From contig OX597816.1 of the NCBI GenBank assembly GCA_951406725.2, forward strand, positions 117,180,001 through 117,244,000: a DNA stretch of 64,000 nucleotides. Direction: 5' to 3'. Source of the stretch: Octopus vulgaris (taxonomy: Eukaryota). The first letter of the stretch is position 1; each line of letters opens with the position of its first letter. Below the pieces are notes generated by a model that did no database searches, was not told where the DNA came from, and saw only the letters and a program-made list of their open reading frames with translations. The position numbers and the translations under genes were made by a program. Of this stretch, positions 12,145-24,862 are shown in pieces.

Positions 12145-12310
12145 ATTCTGGCCTGCGAGTATAACTACATCAATGAAGGGCCATTCTTTGAATTCCTTCC
12201 ATGGGAGAGTGATATCTGGTCAATTATATTGCATCTTCTCTCATCTGTTCATATTGGCATATCCAATGTGATCTGCTACTAGCAAAGACTGGTGTTCATA
12301 GCACTTGTTG
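12145..12310 (-). pseudogene. R4/Dong-type non-LTR retrotransposon RLE-domain remnant
   Basis: Frameshifted YEHQSLLVAD...ITLDMPI*TD..KMQYN*PDITLPWKEFKEWPFIDVVIL resembles YEHQP...LWDxxIxTD...NRPDI...IDxAVP. Confidence 0.55.
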
Positions 12311-12354
12311 GAACATTCTAAAACACATACAAAGCCCATGCATTGCCACATAAA

Positions 12355-12522
12355 AGCAACCATACAGTACCACGTAAGAGCATCCAGTACACTCCATAAA
12401 GTGATTGGCATTAGGAGCCGTAGGAGCCATGCCAAATCAGACTGGAGTTTGGTGCAAGCTCTGGTCACAGCATCCAACCCAGGCTAGCATGGACAACAGA
12501 CATTAAATGGTAATGATGATGA
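12355..12522 (+). mobile_element. RTE 3' end fragment (older)
   Basis: catccagtacactccataaagtgattggcattagg...catccaacccaggctagcatggacaacagacattaaatgg(tga)n. Confidence 0.75.
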
Positions 12523-12575
12523 CTTCCTGCGCCACCGCCACTGCCACCACTGCCACCATCATCATCATCATCATC

Positions 12576-12770
12576 AAGGTGGCGAGCTGGCAGAATTGTT
12601 AGCACACTGAACGAAATTTTGCCAGTCGCTCCGTTCTGATTTCAAATTCCGCCGAGGTTGACTTTACCTTTCATCCTTTTGGGGTCAATAAAATAAGTAT
12701 TAGCTGAACACTGGTATCAATGTAACCATCTCACCCCCTCCTCTAAAAAAGCTGCCCTTGTGGCAAAATT
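12576..12770 (+). mobile_element. family B SINE
   Basis: ggtggcgagctggcagaattgttagcac...tttcatccttttggggtcaataaaataagta. Confidence 0.85.
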
Positions 12771-13514
12771 ATTATTTGGTGCAAGATCAAGCATTTATAG
12801 AAGCAGATAAGGAGGTTGTGTGAAATGCATGCCTTTCCCCAAATACTTCAGAGTTTTGAGCAAAATGATTTAGGCCCAGCTGCTTATTGAGATTTGATTA
12901 GAAACTCAGTCTAGAATTCCTGAGGGAAATTACCAATAGATGTCATCCACATGGAGCACAATAGTTAAGTAAATGCCATCATATTAAACTCATGTATACT
13001 TCTAATTATATATATGTATGTATGTGTGTGTATAGGTGTGTGTGCATGTGCATGTGCTTGTGTGTGCATATGCATGCAAACATATTTAACAGGTTCATAT
13101 ACACTTGGATATGGGAAAACTTTTCATTACAAAAATAGTCTCAAGGGAAAAGAAATCTCCTCATAGATAACATTTGTGAAAATACATCACTGGACTATGA
13201 ATGACAGAATCAGAAGGTAGGACACATGCATTTCTGCATCATTATGCTTCATCAGACATGAATGTAACCCAAACGCAATATTCTTTTCTGGCTCTCATCT
13301 CTATTTTCTTTTCTCGTTTCCTCGTTTCCTTTTCTTTCATCTTTGTCTCCTGCTGGCCTTTCTTCAGTATCCGACAAAGAACTATGTCCAAAATGTTATA
13401 TTTTTACACTATAACTTTTACCCTTCTTTGAGCATCAAGCTAATAAGATTAACTGGACAGACAAACATATACACAAGCACACATACAAATACATACATAT
13501 ATACTTATATACAT

Positions 13515-13665
13515 GGTTCCTATTCAGTTTCTAGCTATCAAATTTCCTTCATAAGGCATTAGTCATCCCATGGTATTAGAAAATGCATTGTTAAAGTGGT
13601 GTACAATCAGACTGAACCCAGAATCATGTGAAGACAAAGCAAACATCTAAACCATACAGCCATGC
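13515..13665 (-). mobile_element. family A SINE (degenerate)
   Basis: ttcagtttct...gactgaacccagaatcatgtg...accatacagccatgcc. Confidence 0.65.
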
Positions 13666-14434
13666 CATCATCTATACGTATATATGCATGAGACAGAGGC
13701 AGAATGAAAGAGAACTGAGAGAAAAATCCAAATGTCTATTTTTTCAACACCTGTCTCCCAATTTTTTTATCCATTAAGGTATAATCCTATCCCTACACAC
13801 ACAATAGATACCCAATTATTCAAAGTGCCCAAGCACACAACAGTAAATGATAGACATTATTCTCCAGCCTTTCAGGGGAAAAGAGCAACTAAAAAAATAT
13901 GGAGAGAAAAAAATAAAGCAATCCATATTAAGGTTTAGGAGAAATGGTTTTGAATACATTGTGTGCAGGAGAAGTGAAAGAAATCAATGAGAGCAGCTGC
14001 TGATCAGCATACACACACACACACATATATACACACCATAGTTGCTATGTCAGTAAATTGTTAGAAGTGAGAGAGACAGAAGGTAGATGACATGTTTCCA
14101 TGTCCAAACAGACTGTCCATAGTAAATTCCATCTTTGCTGCAGCTGGCTATATAATGACACCAAACAAGGTGCTGGGCTGCTGATGTCGACAAGTCTAGT
14201 TTACGGCTTTATTGATCATTTGGCACCAGTCTGTATCAGAGTAAAATACAATCTGAATAACACACTTGCCAATCACTGAGCTAGCATTCTTTATTAATGA
14301 AAATGAAAACTAAAAAAATAATGGATAGAACAGGAAGTAAAGAACATAACAAGTCAATAAAAAAAATCTGTGCTAAGAAGAAGGAAAAAAATGATAAAAT
14401 GGGAATTTATATTGGATTCATGGCAGATATTTAC

Positions 14435-14462
14435 CAGGATTAAAGTTGCCTATGGCTAGAAC
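14435..14462 (-). other. candidate 28-nt micro-exon
   Basis: Acceptor tttgctttttatttccatgcag| and donor ctg|gtaaat. Confidence 0.45.
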
Positions 14463-15043
14463 CTGCATGGAAATAAAAAGCAAATCCATATGTGTAAATG
14501 TGTGTGAGTGGTAAAGTTCTATGGAAATTCTTTTCTACATGGTTTTTTCAGAGAAGGAATTGCTAGAAAGGCAATTCTGTCCATTTCAAGGATCAATATT
14601 ATTTAGTTGCTTTAAAATATATCCATTGCAACATTAAAACTATTTTAATGAATATTTATAGGTATCATAAAACATACATAGACAAATTGATATAAGTATA
14701 TAATTATATATGTATAAGTATATGACATACATATATCACCATCATATCCATTTTTGATGTATATGAGTTGAATATGTCACACAACATCCCATCACTTGTC
14801 TCTGATCTTTCTTATATGACACACACAGCAATACAGAAAACCAACCATAAGTGTTATTGTGTATGTGTGTTAATTTTATTTATCATTTCTTTATGGTTTT
14901 TAGGGTTGAATGCCATTCCTATCTCCAACCACTTTACAGTGAGAATTGGGTGCATTTTTTGTATTACTGGAAATAGAGGGGTGTTTTTGACTATACATGT
15001 ATATATACACACATACATACAACACATATACACACACATATAT

Positions 15044-16432
15044 AGGCAAAGGCATGGTTTCATGGCAAAGAAACACACCTTGCAACTATCTGGTTTCAGG
15101 TTCACTCCCACTGAATGGCACCTTGGGCAATTCTCCAGTAGTTCTGGGTTGACCAATGCCTTGTGAGTGAATTTTATGGATGGAAAATAAGTGTAAGCCC
15201 AATATGCATGTTTGTGTCTATGTTTGTCCCCACTTCACAACCAATGTTGGTTTGCTTAATATTCCTATACCTTAGCAGTTTGAAAAAGAAAAAAGCTAAT
15301 AAACTAAGAACAAGATTTAAAAAAAAAAATCAGTTATTTGTTTGTCACACACACACACACAAACATATATACATATACATATATACAACAGGTTTCGTTT
15401 CAGTTTTCATCAACCAAAGCCACACACAAGGCTTTGGTCAGCCCAGGGTTATAGTAAAAGACATTTACCCAAGGTGTCATGCAGTGGGATTGAACCCAGA
15501 ACCATATGGTTAGGAAGTGAGCTTCTTGTTGTTGTGTGGTAAGCTTGCTTCCCATTTCAGTCCCACTTTGTGGCACTTTGGCCAAGTATCTTCTACTATA
15601 GCTCCAGGCCAACCAAAGCCTTGTGAGTAGATTTGACAGATGGAAACGGAAATAAGCCCATCATACATATCTGTATATATCTATGTGTGTGTCTTTGTGT
15701 ATGTGTTTGTTCCCCACCACCATTTGACAATTGGTGTTGGTTTGTTTATGTCCCCATAACTTAGCAGTTCTGTAAAAGAGACTGAAAGAATAAGTACCAG
15801 GCTTTAAAAAAAATAGTACTGGGGTTGATTTGTTTGACTAAACCAATGCGGGGAAACCCCTGCCCATGGACACAATTGCACCTGCAAGCCCATTTTATTG
15901 TGCCTGCAGGCTGTACAAAATATAGTAAATTTTTCAATTACAAAATTTATACAATGTTCATATGCCTATTTGCGACATAAGTCACATTTCTACTAGGACT
16001 TAAAAGGGTTAGACTCAAACAGAAAATCATCTGGTAATTGCCATTTAAATGGAAATTTTGTTTACACAATAAAACACATATTTCTAGATTTGTACCACCC
16101 CCTGGAAACCCATCTACCCTCTAGCTGAAAAATATAGAATACTTCATAAGTAATATAAACGTCCTAAATTCAGTGGTAGCATTAATAAAGATGTTATGCA
16201 TTAATTTAATGTGTTAAACTTACCTTTATTAATGTATATCGAATTATTCATAGATATATATACAAGATTTGCATGGATATAAGAGTTAGTACTTGTGAAG
16301 TGCCCGCGGACCATTTTCTTTGGAAATTTTTGCCCACCACACTAAAAAGTTTCCTCACCCCTGGACTAAACCCTTTAAGGTAGTGCCTCAGCATGGTCAC
16401 AGTTTAATGACTGCAACAAGTAAAAGCAAAAG
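15044..16432. mobile_element. cluster of three family A SINEs (+ 15044-15325, - 15385-15525, + 15530-16432)
   Basis: Family A head and CORE-like motifs in alternating orientation; the third copy carries a hAT insertion. Confidence 0.8.
15844..16363. mobile_element. hAT MITE with 8-bp TSD gactaaac
   Basis: gactaaac at 15836-15843 and 16364-16371; TIRs caatgcggggaaac / gtttcctcacccctg; the SINE resumes after it. Confidence 0.88.
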
Positions 16433-16484
16433 AATATATATATATAAAACAAAGTGAAATTGTAAGGTACCACATGAGTGGAAA

Positions 16485-16820
16485 TATATATGAAAGGTTT
16501 GAAAATGCAATTTTAAAGATGTTTATTCACTTGACCGGTTTCACTTTTTTAGAAAAAGATTGTCAAAAGTAAAATGGAACTAATACCTTTTGTTTAGTAT
16601 TTTCTCAGATATTTCCTTGTAAACTGTTTTTAACATTTTCCTATTATTATCAAAGAATGTATATATGTATTTTAATATTTTGTGACAACTAGCACTTAAC
16701 ACAACAAAGCTTATACAAAGTTTTACATTTTACTTTTGACAATCTTTTTCTAAAAAAGTGAAACCGGTCAAGTAAATAAACATCTTTAAAACTGCATTTT
16801 CAAACCTTCTTTCATATATA
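16485..16820. repeat. fold-back element with ~92-bp arms (16485-16576 / 16726-16820)
   Basis: Arms are near-perfect reverse complements containing gaaaccggtcaagtaaataaa (Penelope pLTR-like); short TA runs on both flanks. Confidence 0.9.
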
Positions 16821-16964
16821 TATACCTTTTACTTGCTGGGAACTGCCTTATTCCATTTTTTGCCAGACCAGTAAGTTATAGAGACGTAAGCAAACCAACA
16901 CCAGTTGTCAAGCAGTATGGTGGGGGGGGGGAACACAAACACATACACATATATGTATCAAAAT

Positions 16965-17330
16965 CATAATTTAACATCTTCCTTCCATGCAGGCATGGGT
17001 TGTAAGCTTTTACAGGAACTGGCAAGTTAGAAGACTGTGCCAAGCTTCAGTGTCTGCTTTGGCATGGTTTCTGTAGCTGGATGTGCTTCTTAATGCTAAC
17101 AACTTTACAGAATGTACTGGGTGATGTTTTACTTGGGGCCAAGTAACTTGCAAGACAAGACCCTGCCCTCAACTGATAGAGGAGTAGTATTAAGAGAGGT
17201 TGGTTTGTGCCAGGTGATGAGAAGTGAGAGTATGAATAGAACAGAAAGAGGTGTCTTGCAGTAGAAGAGATACATGGCTACCTCAGCTGGGGAGAGAAAG
17301 TGAGTTAAAGGAGAGAAGATTGTGAAGATG
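16965..17330 (-). mobile_element. older RTE-family 3' end
   Basis: tttaacatcttccttccatgcaggcatgggtt...gctggatgtgcttcttaatgctaacaactttacag. Confidence 0.7.
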
Positions 17331-17729
17331 TGATAGGGATTCTCAATATATACAATATATTTAATATATATATATATATATATGTATTGCATGTGTGTGT
17401 GTGTGTGCATGTTAGTGAGTTTCTTTGTGTACACGTTTGTTCATTGATTGTAAACAATAGCATCACCAACAATAGTATTTGCATGCAATCAACCATGTAA
17501 GTCCTCAGTATCTTCACATGTTGCATGGTCTTTGTGAACAAAAGGCTCATTCATTCAGTGTTGTCTATTTCTATTTCTCTTCATATGTCTGGGCTATTTA
17601 TTGCTCAAAAGGTAAATAATCTAGCTGTTGAAAAATGCTGCACCAACATACCCTTGTCTAACCCATGGAAGCATGGAAAAGTAGTCACTGAAACAATGAT
17701 ATATGTAAATGTACTATTATTATTATTAT

Positions 17730-18435
17730 TAAGGAGGGGAGCTGGCAGAATCATTAGCCCGTTGGATGAAATGCTTAGCATTATTTCATGTGTCTTCAAG
17801 TTCTGAGTTCAAATGCCATTGGGGTCAACTTTGCCTTTCACCCTTTCAGGGTTGGTGAAATAAGTACCAGTTGAGCACTGGGGTCAATGTAATCAATTTA
17901 TTCCCTCTGCCAAAATTTCAGGCCCTGTGCCTATAGTAGAAAGGATTATTATTATTATTATCATTATTATTATTATTATAATTATTATTATTATTATTAA
18001 GGCAGCGAGCTGGTAGAATCGTTAGCACACTGGATGAAATGCTTAGCGGTATTTTAACCATCACTACATTCTGAGTTCAAATTCCGCAGAGGTCAACTTT
18101 GCCTTTCATCTTTTCAGGATCGATAAAATAAGTACCAGTGAAACACTGGGGTCAATGTAATTGACTTATACCCTCCCCCAAAATGGTTGCCCTTGTGACA
18201 AAATTTGAAACCATTATTATTACTATTATTATTAAGGTGATGAGCTGACAGAATCGTTAGCACGCTGGATGAAATGCTCGTCACTACATTCTGAGTTCAA
18301 ATTCTGCCTCTCATCCTTATGGGGTCAATAAATTAAGTGCCAGTGAAACACTGGGGTTGATGTAATTGACTATTTCCCTCCCCAAAAATTTCAGGCCTTG
18401 TGCCTATAGTAGAAAGGATTGTTGTTGTTGTTGTT
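17730..18435 (+). mobile_element. three tandem family B SINEs separated by (TTA)n tails
   Basis: Heads gagctggcagaatc at ~17730, ~17998 and ~18233, each followed by gcctttcatcc...ataagtaccagt. Confidence 0.9.
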
Positions 18436-18505
18436 ATTCAGTAGAAGTTACAAAGTGATTCAAGAGTTGAGAGTTTCATGTATAGACACTTTCAGACCTA
18501 TATAA

Positions 18506-18874
18506 TCTCTCTCTATATATAAACGGCAAAATGTCTGTGTGTGTGTGTCCTTTATATAAATCCACAATTTTTCAGTTAGAGCGCTAGCACTTTCTATAGT
18601 CATTCAAAACCATCCAAGGGTGGTCGTGCACATCTTTACATTTCCCCAGTCACCCCGCAAAGCCACTAAAAAATCAATAGAAGTGATTTTTTTTGTGAAT
18701 TTTCTATCCAAAACCCAATCAAAATGCCCGAAACTTGATACGCCAATTGAATGCCAGCTAGCTGTATGTGATTGGTCGGAGATTTGGACAGTACTCACAT
18801 GTATGTGCGCACGCACGCAGCTGTATATGCATTCACTAGCACTATGATCCGGCATTGCCAGGTCATAGAGCTAG
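18506..18874 (+). mobile_element. complete non-autonomous Helitron
   Basis: A|TCtctctctatatataaa 5' end; subterminal hairpin ctatgatccggc-att-gccaggtcatag (18842-18868); CTAG|T 3' end; no TSD. Confidence 0.85.
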
Positions 18875-19019
18875 TACTTAATAGAAATGCGCAGAAAACA
18901 GATTTCCACAAATGCCAAGGAGTATCCTTAGAGATAGCAGATAATTTCTGTTACCTAGTAATCTAATTAGCAGTGGAAAAAGATGCTCCAAAACTGTTAT
19001 CACTACAATAAAAACTGGA

Positions 19020-20612
19020 GAAAATTCTGATTTACTTCCTCCATTTGTAACAAAAGGCCTCTCTCTCAGAGTGAAAGACAGATTGTATGGTGCTTGTGCA
19101 TGAACAACAATACTAGAGGGTAGTGAAATGTGGCTATGAAGGCAGAGGACATGTGAAAGCTAGAAAGAAAAACCAGGATGTCCCACTGGATGTGCAACAT
19201 CAGTGTGCATATACAACAAAGTGCAAATGTATTCAGAGAAAAGTTAAGCATGAAGGGCATCAGATGTATGCAAAAGAGAAAACTACATTGGTACGGTCAT
19301 GTGGTATGTATGGATAAGGAGAGCTACATAAAGAAGTGCCAATTACTAAATATGGATGGAACCTGTGGAAGAGGAAGACCTTGAAAGCTAATAGGATGAA
19401 GTAATGAACACTAATCTCCAAATATGAAGCCCCACAGGAGATGACAAAGGACTGAGGTGATTGGTGATTTGCTTTGCTCAAGAAGACCCAATCATCTAAA
19501 CAAAAAGGAGTCCCTAAAAGCATATCATTTATGTGCCTGGCACCCAGATTGTATCTGACAACTGATCTTCCTAACACCTAGCTCTCCATCATTCTTTTGA
19601 CTACATCACAATCCATTCAGCTGCTGCAATTACAAGAGCAGAACTACACATATTTCATTTCCATACTACTTACATTCCTTGGTACCACTTTTGTCTCCTT
19701 ACTACTCACATTCCCTGGAACCACTTCTTTTGTTTCCCACCTTCCTCTGTATCATTCCTTACCACCTTGGTTTCTACTGGACAACACTTTCACCAACCTC
19801 TTTCTCCTGTACACCATTGCATTTTGTCTACGACAGCCTCTCTCACCTCCATTCCCCACCCCTACTCTGTTCGTTTGACTATTTCCATCCCTACATACCT
19901 ATAACCTTGTCCCTAGCACTTGTACATCTCTCACACCCCATCCCACACACTTTACATCATCTGTGCTGCCATCTCCACCCACTCCTACTTCCTCCATCTT
20001 CCTTCACCAAAAAAATAAACTGATATTCATGACTGACTGCATCTCCGCCCATGTTCACTATTCACTGCATTCACTCCTATCTCCATATCTAAACACCTGC
20101 CATTCTCCTTCCACACTCTTGCCAGTTTACACATCCACTCACCTTGCCCAATCCTCTGTATCACTTCTCTTATATTCACCTCATTGTAACTTGAATGTAC
20201 ACCCTGACACATCTTCACCACTACCTTCTCTTTACTAACTGGGATAACCTTGCATCTCTTCTACAGCAAGACACTTGTTCCTATCCTTCAATCATACTTT
20301 AACATTTCATCACCTAGCACCAAGCCGCATCCCTCAATACTGTATGCATCCTCTCACCCATCCCCCATCTCAGTTGAGATGGTCTTGTCTTACGAGTTAC
20401 TTGATAATCCCACTAGTACCAGTGCCATGTAAAAAGCACCCTGTACACTCTGTAAAGTAGTTGGCATCAGAAAGAGAATCCAGTCATAGAAATTATACCA
20501 AAGCAGATATTGAAGACTGATGCAAGCCTCTGGCTCACTGGCTCCTGTCAAACAGTCCAACATAAGCCAGCATGGAAAACAGACTTTAGATAGCGATGAC
20601 AATGATGATGAC
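19020..20612 (+). mobile_element. decayed RTE LINE 3' portion with long pyrimidine-rich UTR
   Basis: LSLRVKDRLYGAC...LHWYGHVVCMDKESYIKKCQLLNMDGTCGRGRP, homologous to 47405-47900; ends ccagcatggaaaacagac...(gat)n. Confidence 0.8.
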
Positions 20613-22218
20613 TCAATAGTACCAGTTGAGCAATGGGGTCAATGTAATCAATTTATTCCCTCTGCCAAAATGGTAATGTGACAACAAAGTTCACTTTGCA
20701 ACTGTATGATTCTGGCTTCAGTCACACTGTATGGCAGTTTGAACAAGTGTCTTCTACTATAGCCTCAATATGACCAATCCTTGTAAAAGGAATTAATACA
20801 CAGAAACAGAGAAGCTCACTGTATGTATGTAGGTGCTTATTTTAGCGTGTGTGTATGTGTACATATGGATGAAGGTCATTGCATATGATCTTAAGCACTC
20901 TGAATAAAAAGGTGCTTTTGTTTACAACTTCCAGTAAGCAAAACATCCCATAGTTTCAACTTTCAATATGCCAGGACCAATGGAATGAAACAATAACTTA
21001 CTAGGGAATAAGTGGAATTTGGTAAGAGGAAGAGCATCCAACTGTAGAAAATTTGTCACAAAAGTTATGTCTAACCCATACCGGCGTATACGTATGTATA
21101 AGTGTGTTAGTGTGTTTATGTGTGTGTCTGTGTGTGTGTATGTACACACACACTTATACAAATATATGTGTAGGCACGTTTAATTCTTGAATCACTTGTA
21201 TAAACGTGTGTTGTTGTTCCTGCCAACAAATCATCTGGGCATTTTCTGCCTGCAAAGCTGTGTAGAATGAGTGAATCCATGCTTCAAAAACAAGTAATGG
21301 TTAGCATAAGAAAGAGCATCCAGCTGTCAAACAATACCTTAAATAATATATTTGTTATTCACCCAACCCATGCAAGCATTTACTTATATATACATATGCA
21401 ATATATATACACACACACATACATGCATATATCTATTAATGTATGCATGTATATATGTACATATATTTTTTGCAGTCTTCATTAACGACAAACGAAGGAG
21501 ACAGCTTTCAAGTAGGCACTCTATACATATTAAGAAATTTAAGCTATACAATTTTATTAGACATACTACATTACAGCTGTTTCAATCAAACATGACAAAA
21601 TTGCTTAGTTGAAACAAAGTAATCTGGCATCTCTAATATGTGTTTATGTGTGTAATAACTAAAATACTAGCTCCTACACACTGGGTTCACAATGTACACA
21701 CTAACTAAAAACACACACAAACATCAGCACAACAGACCCATACATATTAGTCCATAAATACCAACACAGAAACACACACAGACACACCTTAATAGCACAT
21801 AAGTACACACACAATTTATTCAAATGATCTGCAAACTTCATAGTCACCTCCTCTAAACACACACTCATATACCTGAACACTACACAGATACATACACAAG
21901 CACACATGCATAATTTACACACAGTTTCATCTCCTGTTGCTTTTTATGTATTCATTCTCTCTCACTTTGTCTTTCACCTCTGTCATTTTTAATATAACAT
22001 CGCTGATTGACTCCAGTTTTTATTTTTCCTTCCTCTACACTATTTCCTTCTAATAAATACCTAACTTTCTTTAAAAAAAAAAACTTTCAGCTCAAAATGT
22101 CAAAGACACTTATTTCTTAATTTTTCATTGAACATCAAACTAATAAATAATTACATTTTCTTTTCCACTTCTGATAGAGAGAGAGAGAGAGAGAGAGAGG
22201 GTGTGTGTGTGTGTGTGA

Positions 22219-22259
<41 letters not shown>

Positions 22260-22261
<2 letters not shown>

Positions 22262-22420
22262 GTATTCTAACATGTATAAGGAACCCTTTTTGTCAAAAAT
22301 TAGGTTAAAAAATATGGGAATTTCTTATACATGGATAGTATTATAATCCCTTACAAAACCTTTTTTTCCAAATTTTAAGCCCCAAAAATCAGGGGACTCC
22401 TTATACACATTAAAATACAG
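22260..22420. mobile_element. Tc1/pogo-type MITE
   Basis: TA flanks; TIRs ccgtattctaacatgtataagga / tccttatacacattaaaatacag. Confidence 0.7.
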
Positions 22421-24862
22421 TATGTGTGTGTGCACATGCGCACACACACACCAGTACATTCACAGATTTATCTGGCAAATATATATATATACATACACAC
22501 ACATACACGTATATATATATATACATATATGTACCTGTGTGTGCACGCGTGCCATCATAACCATTATCATCATCAATTTGTGTCTACTTTCCATGCTGGC
22601 ATGGGTTAGATGGCCCAATAGGATGTTGTATGCTGGAGAACCGTGTTTTGCCCTGACATCTCAATTTTGTCATGGTTATCCTTCCTAATACCAACCACTC
22701 CACAGAGTACAATGCATCTTTGAAATGCTGTCATGCCCTTGGCAAGACAAAATAGTCCTCTCAGCCTATATAGTCACTTCTTGATTTGCCAACCATACTG
22801 TACTGGGTGCATAGCTGTTAAGGAGGTGGGGAGGGACATTTAGTAACAACTAAGAGTGAGAACAGGAGAGAGATTGAGAACTTTAGGCAGGGTGTGAAGA
22901 AGCTAAAGAATGATGGAATGAACATGTTTATTGTTGTAAGACAGTGGTAAGAGAGAGACTAGCAATTACATTGTTAGGGAAGCTAGTAATAGAAGGGAAA
23001 GAGGAAAGAATAGTGCCAGTGGTTAGAGAGAGGCAGAGAGTGACAAGGATGGAGGAATGTAGGAAGAGATTCAGCATTACTCCACATTATATATATATGA
23101 CTGGATGGAGTGTGCATGAAAGAGATAAAGATTATGGTGACAAGGAGATAGAGCATACCCACAAAAATAACATATTCAAAGTGAATAGATAAAGGACAGA
23201 AGGATCAGGAAGGATGGGAAAATGTAAAAATGTAAACCCTCTTAACACAGCATCATGATTCAGGAGAATAGAAGGAAGAGCTATGGGTAGTTGAGATGGG
23301 GGAGGGGATATTCAGCAGTATGCAGAGATTAAGTGCATTCCTCTCAACTATGGGTGGCATGGTATGGTACGGTTTGAAAAAGAAAAGAGATCTTGTGGGA
23401 ATTTTCTAGTTAGGAAAAGAGGTATTGGGAAGATATGAAGGTACAAAATAGGCAAGAAGGATGTATACTTGTACACTACCCAACTATATGCAACTATTTT
23501 AACAAGCATATTATCAAGCTTGCACAGGAGATTGGGTCTTCTGCAGCACTGCTAGTCATCGTGGTTCTGTATCACCTCCAGATGTAGTATCTTGAGATTG
23601 TATTTGACAACTTCATCCCAAATTTTCCTCAGTTTACAAGTACTATTCACTTCCAGTGCTCAATACTTGTTTAACTGTCAACTGCCATTCACATCATGTA
23701 GCCATACGATGACAGTCTCCTCTCTTGCATGCTACCTCTGATTCCTCTTATACCCAATTTGCTTCACAGTTCAGTTATACTTCATTGTTCATGCACATTA
23801 ATATAGAACACACAACAAAGTATGCTTGCTGGCCTACATCTCACTGTCATGCAGTAACATACTCTGCACACTCCCAAAATTTCTCCAACCCATTCTTATT
23901 CAAGCTACCTCACTTTGGAATACCTACTCAACTGCAGATTAAATCACTTAGGTAATAAAATTCATCAGCTACTTCTAGGTAGCTGCCCAGGAAATTGAGA
24001 GAACCTATTTCCCAAGGGATGTTAATGTTTATTACCTTAGTGCACCTGCCATATTTAAAATGTATCTTTTCTGCTAGCCTGCCTGTGATCCCACTACACC
24101 TTCCCTGTGTCCATAATTTATACTGAACAGATTTTAAGGAATTTCTATTAACTCCTTTCTTATATATCAAACACAGCCATTTCCCTGGTGCTATAAGGGT
24201 CCTGTCTCCCTTCCTACTTACTAAAACTTTTGTGTACTAAAAAATTTCAGTTAAGGCCTACCAATTGCAAGTTTCTGGAAATTTTGCATCAATTCTATCA
24301 TAAGTATACTGCAAGATGTAAGACTTCAGCATACAGGAGTTGCCAAGGGCAGCCAGTCTTAAATTTCTCTGTTATGGGTTAGATGGCTGGAATGAAAAAA
24401 AAAATTTGAAGACTAATCCCTAATAAATCCCTACCTGCACACTGAATTCATTGCTGACTGAACTCTGTACATAGCTTACACAGCTCTAATAAGCCATACA
24501 AAGTTTTCTTAATGAACGCCAAATCAGAGAGTGGAGAACTTTAACACAGGCCCCTCCAGGTATAAGGCACCTCTAGGTATAAGGGTTTACTCCTAGCTAT
24601 GTATTTTTCTTGCAGGTGTCTTACTAGGAATATGGCATCTGTAATACTTTTTGGGACAAAGCTCAACTGCATCATCATCCTATTTGGTTTTGCAATAATT
24701 CTTTCTGCAATCTTCCTATAATGGACGTTATATCCGTCTGTCTGTCTGTCTGTACCCTCTTCGTGGTCAAATGGCTGGACCAATGGTCACGATATTTTTC
24801 AAGATTATGAAGGAGGTAATCAGGAAGGTTTTTAGCCAAAAAAAATGTGAATAAGTATGATT

